NCBI GenBank assembly: GCA_041946735.1
Contig: JBHGAY010000020.1
Location: 47,238-111,237, forward strand
Reading direction: 5' to 3'
DNA length: 64,000 bases
From: Candidatus Eiseniibacteriota bacterium
GTDB taxonomy: Bacteria > Eisenbacteria > RBG-16-71-46 > CAIMUX01 > VGJL01
Part shown: one piece after another, positions 60,720 through 64,000 of the stretch
Numbering within the stretch: position 1 is the first letter of the stretch
Layout of the letters: the number at the start of each line of letters is the position of its first letter
Notes under the pieces: generated by a model
What the model was told of the DNA's origin: nothing
Seen by the model: the letters and a program-made list of their open reading frames with translations, nothing else
Databases searched by the model: none
Translations under genes and position numbers: made by a program

Positions 60720-60748
60720 AACATAGGTGCGGGAACGACCCCAGTCAA
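60720..60748 (-). promoter_or_regulatory. Sigma70 promoter for the Cys-rich protein gene
   Basis: TTGACT-N17-TATGTT, implying a leader of about 155 nt. Confidence 0.6.
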
Positions 60749-60872
60749 ACCTCAAGAGTGTCATTCGTTGCGACGGCGGTTGTCGCCCGGCGGGACGGCG
60801 GCTCGACCTGGGCGCCTAACCCTTTGCGATGTCGGAAGATGAAGCGATCATCACGGGAGCTGCGCCGGCCTG

Positions 60873-62219
60873 TCACCTCCCGCGCTCGATCGATCGTCCG
60901 GAGAGAACGACCAGGCGTGTTCGCTCGAGATTCCCGATCTCCTCGAGCGGGTCGGCGTCCACGACGAGCAGGTTCGCTGTCCTTCCCGGCGCGATCGAGC
61001 CCAGCCGGTCCTCCTCGCCAAGAAGGCGAGCGGGACGGATCGTCGCGCCGCGAAGGATTTCGACGGGCGGGATACCGCACCGGGCAAGCTCCCGCATCTC
61101 GGCGAAGGTGCCGGCCGCATCGCAGCCGTCCTGCCCGACGAGGATTTCGACGCCGCCCCGCGCCATGCGCGCGGTCATCGACCGGCTCACCGTTTCCATT
61201 CCACGAACCATCGCGGCGATCGGCGGGGCCATGCTCGTGTCGCCCGCCATGGCGGCGAAGACCTGAAGGGTGGGACAGAGGAAGACCCCTCGCTGGACCA
61301 TCCGGGCGGCGATCGCGTCGACGCGATCCGGAACGATCGAATCATCGCCGAGAGCGGCGACGCGGCCGGCGAACGCCATCGCCCGCATCTGGGCGAACGG
61401 TTTCGCCTGCATCATCGAGTCGTGCTCGGCGCGCAGATCGTCCCGCAGAACGACCGGCCAGGGCGCCTTGCCGTGCTCGATCGTCGCGACTCCGAGGTCG
61501 ATCGACAGGTCGACCGGGTCCCGATGGAAGAGCGGCGGGCCCGGATCGTGCGCGACGGGGAGCCCTCGCGCCCGGGCCCCGTCGACGAGGCGTTCGAACA
61601 CGGGACGGTCGATGTGGCCGAAGAGTTTCACCCCTCGCGCGCCACCGGCGGCGATCGCGTCGAGGAGAGAATCGGCGGCCACATCGCTGTCGACAGCGAC
61701 GGTGAAGCCGGGGAGCTTCGTGTTGCGCGCGCCCCAGGTGAGCGGGCTTCCCTCGAGCATCGGCCCGGCATAGAAGAGATCCGGTCCGAGGAGGTCGCCG
61801 GAGTCGATCCGCTCGCGCAGGCGGGCGAGGCGATCGAGCGGACCTCCCACGTCGCGCACCTGCGTGATCCCCCGCTCGACGAAGGCGCGAAGCGCCGCGC
61901 GCATCGAGTCCTCGCTCTCGAGCGTCAGCTCGGCCAGGTGCGTGTGGCAATCGAAGAGGCCGGGGACAGCGTAGCGGCCCTCTCCGTCGACGACGGGAAC
62001 GCCGGTCTCGCGAGTAGCCGAACCGACGGAGACGATCCGGTCCCCGTCGATCACGATGTCGGTCGGATCGCTCATCCGGCCGGCGAGGGGATCGAAGACG
62101 TGGACGTTCGCGAGAATCCATCGGGACGTCGCGGCGGCGGCTGGGGTCGAGGACGAGGGATCCCCCGCAAACGCGGCTGTCGCCGCGGCGGCAACGAGCA
62201 ATACGGACCAGCGGATCAT
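60873..62219 (-). CDS. Exported amidohydrolase-family protein
   Basis: Signal peptide; PGLFDCHTHL (HxH), GITQVRDVGG, TIEHG, LGSIAPGRTANLLVVDADPL. Confidence 0.9.
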   Translation of the reverse strand: MIRWSVLLVAAAATAAFAGDPSSSTPAAAATSRWILANVHVFDPLAGRMSDPTDIVIDGDRIVSVGSATRETGVPVVDGEGRYAVPGLFDCHTHLAELTLESEDSMRAALRAFVERGITQVRDVGGPLDRLARLRERIDSGDLLGPDLFYAGPMLEGSPLTWGARNTKLPGFTVAVDSDVAADSLLDAIAAGGARGVKLFGHIDRPVFERLVDGARARGLPVAHDPGPPLFHRDPVDLSIDLGVATIEHGKAPWPVVLRDDLRAEHDSMMQAKPFAQMRAMAFAGRVAALGDDSIVPDRVDAIAARMVQRGVFLCPTLQVFAAMAGDTSMAPPIAAMVRGMETVSRSMTARMARGGVEILVGQDGCDAAGTFAEMRELARCGIPPVEILRGATIRPARLLGEEDRLGSIAPGRTANLLVVDADPLEEIGNLERTRLVVLSGRSIERGR

Positions 62220-62255
62220 TGGGCGGCCCTCCCTATCGAAGCCCTCGCGCTGCCA

Positions 62256-62319
62256 GCGCTATGGGCGTTGCGGCCCTACGGGCGCTACTGGGCGCTACGG
62301 GCACTATGGGCGCTACGAG
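62256..62319. repeat. Degenerate 8-10-nt tandem repeat, about 7 copies
   Basis: GCGCTATGG GCGTTGCG GCCCTACGG GCGCTACTGG GCGCTACGG GCACTATGG GCGCTACGA. Confidence 0.8.
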
Positions 62320-62337
62320 TGCACGCGCGCAACGACG

Positions 62338-63882
62338 CTACGGGCGCGACCGTTCGCGCAGCTGCCGCACCCGGTCGATCGTGTCGGCCTGCTCCGGCGT
62401 CTTGTCCGTCCTGTAGCGCTTCACACGGGCGAAGCGCAGCGCGAGCCCGGCTGGGTACCGCGGGCTCGCCTGGATGTCGCCGAACGCGATCTCGACCACG
62501 ACCTCCGGCTTCACAAAAACGGTATAGCTGTCGCGGCCGATCTCCAGGCTCAGGAACTTCTCCGTCTGCCACTGGAGCATCGCGTCGGTCATTCCTTTGA
62601 ACGTCTTGCCGAGCATGACGAACCCGCCGTGCTCCGGATCGCGTGCGCCGAGGTGGAGGTTCGAGAGCCAACCCTGGCGCCTGCCGTTTCCCCATTCCGC
62701 GGCCAGGACGACGAGATCGAGCGTCTCCGCCCGTTTGACCTTCAGCCACCCGAAGCCGCGCGAGCCCGCCTCGTAGCCGGCGCGCGGATCCTTCGCCATG
62801 ATCCCCTCGTGCCCCGCCTCGAGCGAGCGGTCGAGGAAGCGGGCGGCCTCGCCCGGATCGGCCGTGACGATGCGTGGAACGACGAGACCGCCGCCGCCCG
62901 CGATCGACTGCAGCCTCTCGGCCCGCGTGGCGAGCGGCGCATCGATCAGGGCCTCCCCGTCGGCGTAGAGCAGGTCGAAGAGGAAGAGCGAGAGCGGGAG
63001 GCTCGCGCGATGCTCGTCGACGTCGAGCTTCCGCCCGAAGCGGCGCATCGTCGTCTGGAACGGATGCGGCATCCCGCCGGCGCGGAGCGCGATCGCCTCC
63101 CCGTCCACGATCAGCTCGCCGGCCGGCAAGGACTGCACCGCGGCGACCACCTCCGGCACGGCGGGCGTCACCTCGTTGCCGCGCCGCGAGTAGACGCGCA
63201 CCTCCTCGCCTTGCTTGTGCGCCTGCACGCGCGCCCCATCGAGCTTGTACTCGAACGCCGCTTCGCCGAGCCGGTCGATCGCCTCGCCGACGTCCTCTGC
63301 CGTTTGCGCGAGCATCGGCCGCACAGGACGGAACAGCTCGATCGCGTAGCGGGCGAGGCCCGCCTCCCCTTCGCGGCGCGCGACTGCGGCGACGACGCCG
63401 ATCCGTCCCTCCGCCATTACGGCGCGACGCACGGCCGCCACGGGGACTTCGAACGCCTTCGCGACCGCGTCGATCATCAGCCCCTCGAGCGCCCCCTGCC
63501 GCAGCTCGCCGAAGATCAGACGGGTCAGGAACTCCTGCTCCTCGGACGTGGCGCGCGACAGGAGATCGTGCAGGAGGCGCCCGCGCTCGGCGGTCGAGCC
63601 TTTCCCCGTCGTCGCCTCGATCCGCGAGAACGCCTGATCGACGTCTTGGAGGGTGAGCGTCGCGTTCGCCGCCGGCGCCGTCCGCGCCTCGCGCAGCATC
63701 GCGCCTCCGATGCCGATCCTTCCCTGCCGCAGCCGCCCGGTCAGGTAGGTCGCCGCGATTTCCGCCTCGCCGGCGTTCGCCCGGGCAAGGAGCTGCGCGA
63801 TGCGCGCGATCTTCTCGAGGCGGCCGGACACGGCGCGGACATCCGTCGAGACGGCGACGAGATCGTGCAAGGCGATCGCCAC
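62338..63882 (-). CDS. ATP-dependent DNA ligase (LigB/archaeal-like architecture)
   Basis: N-terminal DNA-binding domain; PMLAQ, EYKLDGAR (motif I), VDGEAI, FLFDLL, EGIMAK, WLKVK, LRFAR...RTDK; AAGGAGG RBS. Confidence 0.95.
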   Translation of the reverse strand: MAIALHDLVAVSTDVRAVSGRLEKIARIAQLLARANAGEAEIAATYLTGRLRQGRIGIGGAMLREARTAPAANATLTLQDVDQAFSRIEATTGKGSTAERGRLLHDLLSRATSEEQEFLTRLIFGELRQGALEGLMIDAVAKAFEVPVAAVRRAVMAEGRIGVVAAVARREGEAGLARYAIELFRPVRPMLAQTAEDVGEAIDRLGEAAFEYKLDGARVQAHKQGEEVRVYSRRGNEVTPAVPEVVAAVQSLPAGELIVDGEAIALRAGGMPHPFQTTMRRFGRKLDVDEHRASLPLSLFLFDLLYADGEALIDAPLATRAERLQSIAGGGGLVVPRIVTADPGEAARFLDRSLEAGHEGIMAKDPRAGYEAGSRGFGWLKVKRAETLDLVVLAAEWGNGRRQGWLSNLHLGARDPEHGGFVMLGKTFKGMTDAMLQWQTEKFLSLEIGRDSYTVFVKPEVVVEIAFGDIQASPRYPAGLALRFARVKRYRTDKTPEQADTIDRVRQLRERSRP

Positions 63883-63924
63883 GGAGCTTCCTCCTTGCCT
63901 GCTATTCTCGCACCGCGCGCCCGA

Positions 63925-64000
63925 TCAAGCAGGTCCCGAATGCGGCGCGATGCGCTCGCCGAAGCGCTCGATGATGCGGTTGCCGAGCAGCCGCAGCATC
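63925..64000 (-). CDS. 3' end of an unidentified gene entering from beyond the window
   Basis: Open frame ...MLRLLGNRIIERFGERIAPHSGPA* with GC3-rich codons. Confidence 0.45.
   Translation of the reverse strand, partial: MLRLLGNRIIERFGERIAPHSGPA

Noticed and set aside
62256..62319. Possible CRISPR array
   Set aside because: Units are only 8-10 nt with no spacers, and no cas genes are present.
62338..63882. NHEJ (Ku/LigD) system or phage-derived ligase
   Set aside because: No polymerase or phosphoesterase module, and no Ku or phage genes in the window; a stand-alone LigB-type ligase is ordinary.
43000..64000. Accessory region as a genomic island or prophage
   Set aside because: No integrase, transposase, tRNA or att repeats, and no visible compositional shift.

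Overview
Very GC-rich bacterial chromosomal DNA (roughly 70% by eye) from a diderm, LPS-making organism. Gene order and the C-termini of its secreted proteins suggest an FCB-group candidate phylum such as Eisenbacteria, Krumholzibacteria or Latescibacteria (inference). Positions 1-34.2 kb are one long minus-strand run of core genes: lgt, aroE, comF, rng, rplU, rpmA, mdh, kdsB, pyrG, kdsA, kdsD, lptC, lptB, rpoN, hpf, hprK, a mannose-family PTS interrupted by a GH57 gene, HPr, EI, PGI/PMI, a sugar nucleotidyltransferase, metK, ahcY, ftsK, lolA, rimO, a hypothetical, bamD, nadD and the start of polA. Next come an M6 metalloprotease and the mreBCD-mrdA-rodA operon. The accessory region (43-64 kb) holds an FGE-sulfatase/FN3 lipoprotein, an HD hydrolase, rubrerythrin, a GT4 plus amylo-alpha-1,6-glucosidase pair, membrane proteins, a frameshifted DUF4383-like gene, a cluster of secreted proteins, an amidohydrolase and an ATP-dependent DNA ligase. 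I saw no rRNA, tRNA, CRISPR array or mobile element. Strongest leads: (1) a shared C-terminal SWGx[IV][KR]AxF motif on two unrelated secreted proteins, alongside a second FlgD/T9SS-like terminal domain class; (2) a six-repeat, 36-Cys secreted protein with a structured leader; (3) GH57 translationally coupled inside the PTS operon; (4) a candidate GGGC-start CTP-sensing attenuator before kdsB-pyrG; (5) a sigma54 site upstream of lptC-lptB-rpoN; (6) recurrent in-frame micro-tandem-repeat insertions in core proteins. All product calls come from motif recognition only; no database searches were run, and start codons are best estimates.
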